A DNA stretch of 61,568 nt, counting the filler, from Choristocarpus tenellus KU-1152 (lineage: Eukaryota; Protista; Phaeophyceae), in NCBI GenBank assembly GCA_964200185.2. It is 12 parts of 12 records of this genome, joined end to end, with 100 filler letters (N's around TTAATTAATTAA, not from the genome) between each part and the next. Parts side by side here need not be neighbours in the genome. Positions count along the whole stretch, not along the records: positions 1 to 9,049 come from CAXNAD020004049.1; positions 9,150 to 13,793 come from CAXNAD020013653.1; 10 more parts are not named here. The stretch is one strand, 5' to 3'. The stretch's first letter is position 1, and every line of letters begins with the position of its first letter. Positions 1 through 11,731 of the stretch are shown here, piece after piece. The position numbers and the translations under genes are program-made. The notes below the pieces were generated by a model that did not search any database, was not told where the DNA came from, and saw nothing but the letters and a program-made list of their open reading frames with translations.

Positions 1-289
1 TTATGGAAAAGTTTATTTTTCTTTCCTTTTTTTTTCCCCAAATGGTCACCCTTTTTTTTTCCCCCCCCCCCCCCCCCCCCACAGATACTTCGGGTCTCGA
101 AGGGTCCCTAAGAATTGATCGTCACACATGTATTTTGACCACTCTCGAGGGTAGCTTTCAGCTAACAATCTTTTCACAACTACTCTTCTCTTCCTCAGCC
201 ACACTCTCTTAAAGATGATAAGAGCATTATTGGCACAGGGCATGGCTAGTATTACACAAGGTTCAAAGAGGTATCAAATTCAAAACCCA

Positions 290-620
290 AAAAATTGCCC
301 TGCCCCTCAGATGGTTTCACTGATGTATAGAATAATCTATATGCCTCTCTTTTAGCTTTTAGCCAATGAAAGTACAACGCTGTGTTTACCTTGCATAATC
401 CCGATCAGTCTGCTGCTGCTCAGGAGCAAAGGGTGAAGAGAATTCGAGATCAGCGTCGTCTTCATCTCCGTTTCCAGTCCACTGGTATTCTGATGCATAC
501 AACTGTGCCATATGCCCCTCATTGCTCCCTTGCCGCACATGTTGCTGATTAAAGGTGGCAAAAATGTGAAAAGACAGTTGATCAGTTGGTTTTGGTGCCT
601 TTCTAGTGCTGTAGGTGGTG
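290..620 (-). pseudogene. Possible decayed PIF/Harbinger transposase C-terminus
   Basis: Frameshifted pieces LINCLFTF..ISNM and EYQWTGNGDEDD resemble IVNIFFTCYILQNM and NTNWTGDAGLHD in the transposase at 60950-61408. The catalytic E motif is not recognisable. Confidence 0.25.
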
Positions 621-3545
621 GTAAAATTCAAACATGATTGAGGCGATAACAACTAAGGACATGAATTTGCAAACAACCTTCATCATATCCAGGGCGAGCT
701 GTCAAGAGGGAGGAGCAGGGGGAGGGAGAAATCGGTTTTGCCAAAGGCGACTATGATTCAAAGGTTCTTATTCATGAGACCCTGGACAGTCTATTCATGT
801 CTTCATTGGCTAGTGTTGGGGCTGGTGGAAGTACCTCATTCTGGAGACATATTTCTTGAAAAAGGTTAAAAAATAGTGTACTAGTTCTTTATGTGCAAGA
901 TATCCCTGACTTTCGAAAAGTATTATACTTATATATACGTCCACCTTCTACTAGAACTATGGTATTAACAAAGTGGTTCTTACATATATCGTACCTCTTA
1001 GGGGCAAGAGGATTATCCTTGCATTGTAACCCCATCTCGAGAACAGCAATTATCGCAAAAAGTTCAGAAACGATTTGGTGTTTGCTGAGTGATGTCAAAC
1101 GATATACTTAAATATTACCTTGAGTGCGTATCTAGACAAGGAACCTTCACAGCTTGTACTCTTTGGCGGGTTCGCTGCTGGTAATGTCACTATGCAGAAT
1201 ATCTGGTGCAAGTAGAAGTGGATTTAGGAAACTCAATGTACTATTATTGGACACCCTCCCCTAAATTTTGACAAAAAGATCATTGCAACTTCGGCTTCTA
1301 TCACAACACATGTCGACGAACGAGAAAGAAAGTGAAAAGCCAAGAGGAGCAGTGACGTAGTGATTTCTTGCTGATGTGGTTATGGCTACTGACTCAGCGA
1401 CATTCCCAAGTTGATGCACCTTTTAACTCCATTGAGGTAGGGTTACCATTCCTCTCTCAGAGCAAATAAATCAACCAATGAAAGGTCTCATGTGCACCCC
1501 AAACAAATCAATTTCCCCTTGTCTCCAACACACTACAGCAGTGTAAACTTCTCAACGTATAGTCAGAACTCACCTTCCCCCTGTCGTCATTCCCACGGTG
1601 ACAGTCCGTCCTGGCGAATGTTGGCGAGGCCAGGGATGAGAAAATCTCAGGAGATGTCGGATCGTCGCCTGGTCGTCCTAGCTCTTTGCCCTTCGACCGC
1701 CCACCTCGCAATGTTGACAGGATGTACGAAAGGACCTTCCCAGTCCCTTTAATTGTCACGTCATTCGTCATTTGCGTGGTCCGGTCGTTCGTAGGTGCCA
1801 AAGATCCAGTTGCGATAGGATATCTTGGTCTTCCTCGAGGCATTGTACTCTTCGGTAAATGTAAACAAGGGCACTTGACTGCGAGGTAGAGCAGAAGTTA
1901 TTTCTCCTGCACGATGGAAAACGGAGCTTATTAGCGCTATATGCGAGTTGCAAGGGGAATAAACTGTTGTGGGGAGGGAGGAAGACTATGGTGACCAACG
2001 TGAGCCGCTCTCTTCAGGGTATTTTGGAACATAAGCGAGGATGCATGGCCAGAAGCAAATACCACAGCGTGACATGTACGCGTTGGTAACTGGAGGTCCT
2101 AGTAATGTTACATTGATGCCGTTGATCACAATTTCGGTCATGGCAATGCCGTTGACTTCTACTCATATCCAAGGGACCAACCCCAAATGAAAGGAACTCA
2201 TTGTCACAAGCAAATGTTCACATTGTCCTTCATTCTGCAATGAAGACCCCTTGGATCCGTACAGTTGGACTTGGAGGTTTTACCCAACGTTATGTCCCTG
2301 CCTCTGTCAACTATTGTCGGAGCATTCCCAAAACTTGACCCAGGTGCATCGAGTTCAAACCGATACAGTAACGCAACGCTGAACAGAGTTCCTCTCTCAT
2401 TGTTTATTAAAGGTTCTCTCTTTCGACTCGACCCCAAACCTACTATACAGCGAACCTGTAATTGAGCATTGAAGCACACTCCAAAAACATGTGAGTGTTG
2501 ATTGTGGAAGGTATAATAGATTGATTTTCAACTGTCGAATGATTCTCCACAATTGTATTTCTAGCTCTTGTAGATATATATATATATATATAGGATTTTT
2601 TTAAATCTTTGGTACGTCTTTCTTCTAACAATCTATATACTTTGTTTCTGATGTAGGTGTAGACTTATGCATACTTTCCGATTGTCTCGTCAATCTAACA
2701 AAAAAAAAACTGTTGAAATGTCTCCAAATATTTTTGAGTTCTACCTACAAAAAGTTGGTTGCAACTTTGTGTAGATGAATTGATAGATGTGGCTGAAGAA
2801 CAATTTAGAATGATTACAACAGAAATTGAAATTATGAAATACTGCTGAGGATAACACATTTTTCAATTTTCGGAAATATACTGTCCAGAATCCTATTCCT
2901 ACCCCTCCAAAATGTTTCCAATTCTTTTGTAGGAAATAACTGACATGACTCAACGCTTGTAGAGTGATTTGAAAATATAATTGCCGAAGAATGGGGAGTT
3001 TTATCTTGAAGTATGAGTAGAATAGTAAATTCAAAAGAGAGGTAGTTATGATTGACTACAGTAGTTAAAACTCCAGATAATATTCACACACCTTTTCAAA
3101 TGCGTACTTCACCCACAATGACAAAGTACAACATACTACTGTGTAAAAAAATAATTTATCCATTACAGTATAATATTATATAATTGAGAGCAGATTGTGA
3201 CGTAGGAAGAACAAATGAAGAGGGGACAACAAAAACGCAATGAATCGAGTACATAACATCATCTCCTATACTCAGTAATCTTGGAGTAGTATTCTTTTCA
3301 ATCTTATTTCTAGGAAGAAAATCGACCACAACAAAAAATAGGAGATAGAAGGGACCAAATCAAACTATCGGACATTTTTTGTTGCTGTCGATTTTCTTGC
3401 TGAATTGAAGTGATTTTTTGAACGAGATTCCTCCCATAGAAGAGATGCCTAATACACCAACAAACACAAGGAAAAGTAGTAATGTTTATGTAAAACAAGA
3501 AACAAGAAAACGACAAGAAGCGACTCCAAGACTGACGCTATGAAG

Positions 3546-3678
3546 AACAGCCGATGTCAAAAATTGAGGATGGGCTTGACCCAAAATTGACTGGGATAAA
3601 GTGTCGATATATATTTTTTTGTATTGATCAGATGATGGTAATGAAAAGCTCCATCCTCAATTTTTGAAATCGGCTGTT
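3546..3678. mobile_element. 133-bp MITE (family C), about 28-bp TIR, 4-bp TSD GAAG
   Basis: AACAGCCGATGTCAAAAATTGAGGATGG...CCATCCTCAATTTTTGAAATCGGCTGTT, with GAAG at 3542-3545 and 3679-3682. Confidence 0.85.
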
Positions 3679-4279
3679 GAAGGAGGATGAGAAGGGAAGA
3701 ATAAAATGAATCAGACAAGCCTCTCGTAACTCATAGACCTGGAGTCTCCAGGAGTCTCCAGTATATAACCTCAAGCCCGTCTGGAGATTACAATCTGACC
3801 AGCAACTTGACACAATCTGTCGCGAGTGCCTCTTTGTTGCTCCCTTCCAACTAAAACTCTCAGTTCTTCTACCACCCCCAACAGTCATCACCAGTCTCAA
3901 ACCTATTTTTCCATACCTACATAAAAAAACCATTGTTATATCACAGAATATCCAAATTGTGCATATATATATTGGGAGCCAGAGGAGGTATTACAATATG
4001 TATGCAAGTACTCCAGATTATATAGCAACCGACGATGAGTATGAGTGGTGAAAAGAATCGTTTGACTGGTTGTAAGACCACTGTTTTCTTGCGTGTTTCG
4101 GTGCCTAAAGATCTTTTGACGAAGTGGGAACTAACCACGGCCCAGTCAAACTCTTGAATTAAACTAACAAACATCTCCACCCACACGGATTTTGAGTTTG
4201 TGACAAATGCAATAATTTACTCTGCGTGCATTTTATTCCCTCAAGAATGATGGATCATATTTTCAGAAAGGTCTCTTAC

Positions 4280-4760
4280 CCGTACATCCAAGGGCACCCA
4301 ATGATTTGCCGGACCATCTTATTCTCCACATTATATTCTCAATTTAGCGCTGTTTCCACAGTGTTTCATCCATAACCAAGCCCCACGCACGGGAAAAACG
4401 GGCACTTCTCATACCCATTTATTGCTGGTTCGTAGGGAAGCAACCTCCCACAGCGTATTACTGTGTTTTCAGAGTAGTTTGTACAGATTTTAAGAAGTAT
4501 CTTGGAAACGACAACTCTTGTATACCTTTTTTTGTAGTTTTGGTCTTTGTCTTTTTCCTCCCGACACATCTGCAAAGTGCGAAAGGGCATAACTACGTAG
4601 TATATCGTTTCGAACTCTACGCATATTTGTTGACTGTCTTGCAAGTTATGTTCACTATCATCGTTGATAACTCTTCACACAGTAATAATGAAGCTGTTCA
4701 GCAAATTGATTTGAGGCTGAACAAATCCCTCCGTGTTACAGGGAGGGAAAATTGGTTAAA
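4280..4760 (-). pseudogene. Decayed OTU-like (vertnin-like) cysteine protease domain
   Basis: Fragments in the expected order across frameshifts: TASLLLCEE (4671-4697), LKICTNYS, CPFF, IMW (4326-4334), GPANHWVPL (4288-4315). These match the recalled pattern 'S.LL.G...RPFFN...IMW...PNHFVPL'. The GDGNC motif is not preserved. Confidence 0.4.
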
Positions 4761-7239
4761 TATATTTCCTTGGTGATGTATTGCCTGGTCACTGTACCAC
4801 TACTTTGCTACTACTCTTACTAGAGCCCATTGCGAATGAAGTCATTTGTTTGCAGGGTGGTTGTGATTTTCTAGTTGGCAGAAGGGTTCCAACTTGTTGG
4901 AAAGCAGGATATATATATGTGGCGTTCCATAACTCAGTCTCATATGTCGCATGCAAAAAGGTGACAGACTACGTTTGGGGGGCATGAAACGAAATCGTTT
5001 TTTCTACACTATCTGGGGCAAGGCGAAAAACAGGATTAATATCTCCTTGTTACAAATCGAATTTTATTCTTTCCAACGAAAGTCATGCGGATGGCAGGAT
5101 TTTTGTTCATTGTGTAGACAGGTGCGCAGGTGCCAGTTAGTTTTTGTAGTGTGCCAATGTCCTCGCAAGTGTGAACTCCTGTCTGCCAGTTGCCAGATGG
5201 GTGATGGTGGGTGAAGTACTATTGCAAAGTGGGGTACAGCTCATCAATCGCGCAGGACCGAATTTTTTTGTTAAGATGGAGTGCCGTTGGAGATCTTTTC
5301 GCGAGGTAATTATATGCGCGATGATAGCACCCTCAAAAGAAATCCATGTAGGAACCAGGAACTTAGTTTGAAACCCAACTAAAGTACCTGTGCGGCAGAA
5401 CAGAGCCAGCTTCCGAACCGTCTGTTGTTCCCTGTATGGATTTTCTTGGATTCGAACGCCTTTGACACCCCACCATTTTGATGGAACTATATGATTTTTT
5501 TTCCACTTGTTTATTTACGCATGTGATTATGAGCACGCACAAAAGAAATCTTTGTGGGTAGTTACTTGTACAAATATTTCGCATTGGTACATAGGATAGT
5601 TGGTAGATGCGCCTCGGTGTGTAGGTTGAGCATAATCTACAAATCTTAGAGTAGTTTCAAGAAAGTACAACAGTGCATCAACACACATTCTTCCTACATC
5701 ACGTCCCATCTACCACATGTAACGTCGATTGCCTATACACGTGCACCCCACATATATGTTTGCCGAAAAGATTCCTAAATATTTTTACGACTGACTCGTT
5801 CGCACTCGTTCTTTAGTTTTTATAACTCCATGTTCTTTTTTTAATTATTCAGGACGGGAACTACTGTTCTGTCTCACCTAAGTAGATATCAAATTATGAC
5901 GCATTGCCATCACCATCCCCTGTTGCCCATAGCTTCAGATTGACCCTTTTTGCCCACAGTTCCGTCTTTATGAAAAGTGTAGCAGTTAATCCCACACTTA
6001 CATACATTTACCATCCCTCCGCTTGGGATATACATGTTTTTCTATTGCAGTCAACATGATTACAATTTTTCCACTTTATAATTTTATCTAAATGCAAATA
6101 CATAGAAATTATTGTTTTTGCTTTTCATATTTTCAAGAAGGCTCAAAACCTTTCTTTCCCAGAGTCTTTAGGCCAATGTCAAAACTGTAGCCTGCATATG
6201 CCATGCAGTTGAAATATATGTTTACTACCTTTGTATATTGGTACTGCCACTTGACTGTTGTAATCTATGCTTTGATTGCATTTTCTGCACACTCCCTACT
6301 GGAGTTTCCATGCCCTTTTCCTCCTGATTTGAGAAGATGGTCCATGCCTTTGCCCCCTGTTATCTCCTTCATGGAGATGACAGAAAAATATACTTGTCTG
6401 GGCATTACTTGCCCTTGCTCTTACTCAGGTGATGCTATTGCCATAGGCGATGTGTCTTAATAGCGGTTTCATAAACGCCATTATGACCTCGAAGTCCTAG
6501 ATATTGCAGATTTGTACTTCTTGACTAATTATTTATTCTGAGTATTACTTTGATATTATGATGTCGTATAGAGGTGATACACCTTTTTTAGTCCTATTTT
6601 CCCCTTTGGAAGCAATAAAAAGAGATAATCGAAGTGAGAGTTCCAGAATTTTTTACGACATTTCCGTTATGGAGCCTTGTACGAGCCTCATCATCAACAT
6701 ACAGCGTTGTGGAGTGGAGCTAGATATCCCATCATGGTAAGCTTGCGGAGCGTTTTGTAACACTATTGCATACTCATAATACCTTCAAGCAACTGATGCC
6801 ATTCATTGCCCATGCCACCTATGTTGAAGATTTAAGCGGACGTGGGCATATAAGATACATAACGGAAAATAGTGATCATCCCTGTGCCCAGATGTATGTT
6901 TCTTAACCCTAACCCTTCATCAACGTGGCGTCACACAGATTTGGTCTCCAAATCGGTCTTAGTTACAAGGAAGTGCTAAGACATGAGGCATTGTCACTAA
7001 AGAAAAACTCCATGCAGCACATATATGTGTACACTTCTGTCATCATATGCCCGACAGTATTCCTTCTTAGTCAGAGAACAAATTCCAGAGTATCCTACTT
7101 CTTTTTCTTTCGAAATAACATTTCAAGAATGACAGAGGTTAGGACACATTATTTGTTTTAACTTTTTTTATCAATGCTCGGATCAGAGTATCATATTCTT
7201 ACATACTCTCCCTCCATTCCTCACTGACACCGTTGTTGT

Positions 7240-7605
7240 CCTGATATGTACAACGGGCCACATAGAGGGAGGGGTGAGTGATGCGATACTATTAGAGTGC
7301 CTTCCCTTTACAAGGTATACCTTGGAATCCCCTCCTCTGTCATCCATGCCACAAGCCAACAGGACTGCATTTGCCTATGATAACACCAACATAAGGACAG
7401 ACAGTGGTGATAAGTACATCAGGTCACATTGGGGGGTGGGTGATGCGATAGTCAATTTCACTCCAAGGTATACCATTGTGATGCCTTTCCCTTTGCAAGG
7501 TATACTTCAGAGTCCGCTCCTCCAACATCCATGCCACATGCCAACAGAATTGCAGTTGCCTACGATATAACATCAACATCAGGAACATCAGGACAGATAG
7601 TGTAA
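7240..7605. repeat. Diverged tandem duplication (2 units of about 170-190 bp)
   Basis: The block gtgatgcgata...cccttt(a/g)caaggtatac...catccatgccaca(a/t)gccaacag...aggacaga occurs twice. Confidence 0.8.
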
Positions 7606-7633
7606 CAGTGCGACCCCTACAATTTGTCCCTGT

Positions 7634-8040
7634 CTCGATCCTGACTTTTGAGTGACTTTCCTGGTGTGGCTGCCTGACTTCTGAGCGTCTCTTTCTCGGC
7701 ATGACTGCCTGTGGGTCATTCCGTTCTCCTTCATCCCGATGAGTCTGTCTACTGAGTCCATTTCTTTCACAACCCTCCGCAAATATATTTCCTAGCTATC
7801 ACTAGACGTGAAGCAGTGGATTTCTGTACCTATCATCATACCACCCCTCCTGCCTCGATCCTGACTTCTGAGCGACCCTTTCCCGATGTGACTGCCTGTG
7901 GGTCATTCCGATACCCTTCATCCTGATGAGTCTGTCTACTGAGTCCACGTCTTTCGCAGCCCTTTGCAAATATATTTACTAGCTATCAGTAGACGTGAAG
8001 CAGTGGCTTTCTTTGCTTATCATCATACGACCCCTCCCTC
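7634..8040. repeat. Tandem duplication (2 units of about 190-220 bp)
   Basis: The block ctcgatcctgactt...gactgcctgtgggtcattccg...gatgagtctgtctactgagtcca...tagacgtgaagcagtgg...tatcatcatac starts at about 7634 and again at about 7854. Confidence 0.9.
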
Positions 8041-8468
8041 CCTTTTACAAGTAAAGTGGTCCCAGTATCTTCGCCCTCTGTGGCAATCTTGTTTTTTTTG
8101 CCGTATCGCCACAACAGTTATACAACAATGTATGTATCAAATGAAAGGGTATGACAAAACCTTTTGGAGGTTGGTATCGATGAATGTCCAGGCTTCGGGG
8201 AACGGGAGCTATGTCCCAATCAAATAATGGAAAAAGCTCGGGGGAACATCTCTAGCGCAATTTTGAAGGTCACAACTAAAAAACGGACAAAATGAAGAGG
8301 TTGACTGAACTCCTTACAAACAATTGGTCCCGGGTACGTCGCTGCCCAAGTTTGACTGGGGTGTCGAATAACCTAGTGTTATCCTTACGTTGTTTGTGCT
8401 GACACAAGTATAGAACGTAGGCTATACGTACGTATAAAAAATATAATAGTGTGGAAAGCATGTTTGCC

Positions 8469-8800
8469 TGTTATTATACCGTTATTGCCGTATGCCATAT
8501 ACCGTTATACCGTGGTACCGATTAAGGTTCTCAGTCAAGAGTCCATGATTCCACGGACAGACCTTTCTGTCCGAATGTCACACATGGAAGATCCACTTTG
8601 TTCCCACATCTTGACTGGTGGTGATGAAGCCCCACCTTTCTTTGATGGTGCTCATCACTCCTAATTTTGCACTTGACCAACCTTAACCTCGTACCCTCGG
8701 TCACGGTTCGTCCTTGTTGGTGTGGTCCGTCTTGCCCGGTGATTCTGTTCACCACCCTTGTCTGAGTGAACCACGCCGCCACAGAATCACGCGATTCACA
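8469..8800. mobile_element. Solo-LTR-like dispersed repeat (TG...CA, 332 bp)
   Basis: TGTTATTATACCG...CGCGATTCACA, with homologous copies at 50177-50559, 55821-56044 and 9014-9049. No intact TSD seen. Confidence 0.65.
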
Positions 8801-8825
8801 ATAAGATGTATTTCATTACACTATT

Positions 8826-8875
8826 TTATTATTATTATGCCCTCTGACATTTTGCAGATGTGTCAAGGGGGAAAC
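8826..8875 (-). mobile_element. 3' tail of SINE/LINE-like element: stem-loop + (TAA)n
   Basis: Minus strand reads cccttgacacatctgcaaaatgtcagagggc-ataataataataa. The same tail is at 31371-31410 and 49733-49775. Confidence 0.55.
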
Positions 8876-9013
8876 CAATCTAAACTATATATATGTATAC
8901 ATGTCGTTATTTGCCCGAAAGAGTTTAAATATCCTAAACATAAGAACACTATAAAACATTGTAAGTGTGGAAACCACTAATCAGTTACTTCACTACTATC
9001 AAATATTGTACTA

Positions 9014-9049
9014 TGTGAATCGAGTGATTCTGTGGCGGTGTGGTTCACT
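9014..9049. mobile_element. Start of a second LTR-like copy, inverted relative to 8469-8800 and cut by the contig end
   Basis: tgtgaatcgagtgattctgtggcggtgtggttcact is nearly the reverse complement of 8765-8800. Confidence 0.7.
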
Positions 9050-9149
9050 NNNNNNNNNNNNNNNNNNNNNNNNNNNNNNNNNNNNNNNNNNNNTTAATTA
9101 ATTAANNNNNNNNNNNNNNNNNNNNNNNNNNNNNNNNNNNNNNNNNNNN
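9050..9149. other. Artificial contig-joining spacer (N44-TTAATTAATTAA-N44); first of 11
   Basis: Identical 100-bp spacer with stops in all six frames, also at 13794-13893, 25647-25746, 32477-32576, 37348-37447, 40406-40505, 44248-44347, 47568-47667, 52447-52546, 56045-56144 and 58685-58784. There is also a separate 10-N gap at 38392-38401. Confidence 0.98.
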
Positions 9150-9760
9150 TGTAGTGATTTCCATGTCATTTGAGTGAACGTGTCAGATGTAAGGTCAACT
9201 TTCATCATCTGAACACACCTTCCTTTCCATCCCCTTGCCTGAACCAAATTCAAAGGAAAATCATGCGCAATACGGGCATCACAGTGTGGTATCTTCCAAC
9301 ACCTCATCAAGCTCCGAATGGACAACCTGGGCTAAATATCCCTCCTCTAAGATACTATGGCCTGGTGTTGGTTTACTTGAGCTACCGTAGCTGCTGCTTT
9401 ACATTACGCACATCAGTTAGCACAGTTTCTTAGTGCCACTCCTCCATGAAGCTCATGTGCCACCAGTCACACACTCATACAACCTCTCTTTGTTGGTCTG
9501 TTGCCCTCGTGCTCCATCCCTCAACTGCAATCCGAAACTTAAGGTCATCTCTTGCAAGCATGTCCATCGGTTCTTCTCCAGTCCACCTTGTTTTCGTTTT
9601 CCCGTTGACTGTAGTGGTTCAGCCACTTCCACCAATGTTGGTGCATTTGCGAGTACCATATATGCATGGTGAGTCTTTGATCGAGGGCTTCAGCACTATG
9701 AAGGTTGAGGACCGACTTGTCATTGAGGAGCACTTTTTCTCCTCCATCGTTTCATGATGA
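9150..9760 (-). pseudogene. Possible DIRS-type tyrosine recombinase relic
   Basis: Frameshifted fragments WTCLQEMTLSF, GCPFGA and KIPHCDARIAHDFPL loosely follow the DIRS YR pattern. No catalytic motif is intact. Confidence 0.25.
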
Positions 9761-10062
9761 GTGCTTGCTCTGTCGGTAATTTGCCAGGTTCGTTGTGCCG
9801 ATGGTGTCCTGGGAGGCACTCTGTTTCTCTGACTTTCTCTACCTTGAAACCTCTGAGCTGCTATCACAGTTGATTCCATGGCCTTCCTCATTTTCCCCAT
9901 CCTCTAGGTAGTTTACTTGGCTGATTGAACATGCAAAATCAGAGGAGCATTCCGCCTGGCTGTATTTATTTTTATATGAAAGGACAGGAAACGACATGTT
10001 TAAGTGTAGAAAATCTGCTCGACTTGGTGTAGCACCCTTTTCGTCAGTGTATCATGCATGTT

Positions 10063-10240
10063 GACTCAAAGTATCTGGAGGGGGGCGCGGCTGTCCATTT
10101 GGGGCCCATTTTTCCACGTCACGATTTTGGGTGATTTGTTTGCATGCGTCGGATGGATAATATAAGTGCACTTTTCTTGGTCAGGGCCCAAATGAACACC
10201 CTGGTGTAGACCCCTCCCCCTCCCCTAGATACTTTGAGGC
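10063..10240. mobile_element. 178-bp MITE (family D), 4-bp TSD TGTT
   Basis: GACTCAAAGTATCTGGAGGGGGG...CCCCTAGATACTTTGAGGC with an inner inverted repeat (tccatttggggccc/gggcccaaatgaa) and TGTT at 10059-10062 and 10241-10244. A related end is at 40506-40558. Confidence 0.85.
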
Positions 10241-10560
10241 TGTTTTTTTTTTAATAAGTGAGTCTACAATGCTAAGGCTACCTGTATGTTAAAAATCGAT
10301 ACTTTAAAATAGGAATTTTGGTCATCTCAATATAAAAACCTAGATGACAAGGGGCATGAAATATACTCCAAGTATTACATTTATGCTTTTTTTGGAGACC
10401 ATAGGAAGAAATAGGTAGGTACAACTGTAACTACTGTTGCGCTGTCAAGTCGAAAAACTGCAATCCTATCGTGAACTCAAAGCCATAACCATAACCAGAC
10501 TGTCAAAATCAGAATCCTGACCCTAGATCCTGACATACTGTGAGGACAAATTATTTCTAC

Positions 10561-10815
10561 GAAGACAAAAGTAAACGAGAGGTGACCAGGTTTTGTAAGT
10601 TTAGCATAAAAGTCAGTTTTTCAATCTTTCGCAATTCCCCCATATTTCTATGTATGATATTTTCTAAGTTTCACTTGAGACTGTTGATTTCTCTACTGTT
10701 TCAAACTTTTCAACAAAATTCAGAAAATTTCCTGTAAGCATTTATTTGTAAAAAAGTCGAATTTTGCAGGCATTTGTCAGCATCCTTCAAAGCTACACTA
10801 GGTACCTACTACTTG
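10561..10815. mobile_element. MITE family B, degenerate copy
   Basis: aaagtaaacgagaggtgaccaggtttt...tgtcagcatcctt...ggtacc, homologous to 10902-11152 and 11732-11984. Confidence 0.75.
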
Positions 10816-10901
10816 GAAGTATATGAAGTACAAACTAGACACTACTCTCTTGGTGGCTAGGTCGCTGGACATCTCACACCTCAGGCATATATGGTAGAAC
10901 T

Positions 10902-11152
10902 GCGCCAAAGTAAACGAGGGGTACCCAGGTTTTGGACATTTTGCATTTGTCTTTTCGTCATCTGCAATTCACCCATATTTTATGGATGAAGTGCTCAGCT
11001 TGATTTGAGAGCGTTGATTTCTTTGTTGTTGAATAATTTTCGACAGAATTCAGCAAATTCCCTACACGAATTTGTATAGAAAACCGAAATTTGCCCATGT
11101 TTGTCAGCATCCTTAGAATACAACCCTGGGTACCTCTCGCTTACCTTGACTC
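10902..11152. mobile_element. MITE family B (about 251 bp), 3-bp flank repeat ACT
   Basis: GCGCCAAAGTAAACGAGGGGTACCCAGG...CCTGGGTACCTCTCGCTTACCTTGACTC, with ACT on both sides. Confidence 0.85.
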
Positions 11153-11199
11153 ACTCTCCATATGCTGCACTGTATAGTAGTATTAATATTATGTGTTGT

Positions 11200-11700
11200 G
11201 GAATTCTATGCGCCCCTATCTACCTCCTCCCATACACACAAAATATGTACCTCTCTGGCATCACAATAAGCACCCGTATCACTGATCTACTAGAGAGCGT
11301 GAACAGTAATATTCATGTGCTCAATCTTCCCTGTGCTGCAAAATTAATGGGCAGTGAGTGGAGGCTGAACTACCCCTTGGGAACCAGTAGCACATGTCAA
11401 TCGTGCAAGGAATATATATTTTTGACATCAACAAGATAATCCACCGGATCAAATGAAACGGACCTCTTGCTATGCCCCTCGACTTGTGGTGTGCTCTGGT
11501 AAAGTCTTCCCGGACCACCAAAACCTCAACACAGTAACACCAATATGAGTATGGTTGCCAAAAAATTGTGTACATTACATGAATTATCATTTCCGCTGTA
11601 AGACACAAGGTTCCATTGGCTGGGTCCAACACAACCTGTAGATTTACATTTTCGTATTGATTACATGACACATATTTGAAGTGTAACAAATGCATCTAGT
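11200..11700 (-). pseudogene. Ty3/gypsy integrase relic
   Basis: Degenerate LVVREDFTRAH, SRGIA and KIYIP resemble the integrase-core segments 'DRFSRH', 'A.G.A.IL' and 'YIP.WGCP'. Confidence 0.3.
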
Positions 11701-11731
11701 AGTTATATTAATGCACTGGGCAAGGGTAATT

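Noticed and set aside
8531-8782. Conserved small protein MAAWFTQ… in three places
   Set aside because: It lies within the LTR-like repeat. Differences between copies are largely non-synonymous and the frames diverge after about 38 codons.
9094-9105. TTAATTAATTAA recurring 11 times as a regulatory or recombination site; ORFs ending XXXX-LIN
   Set aside because: Always centred in N44 padding, so it is an artificial linker.
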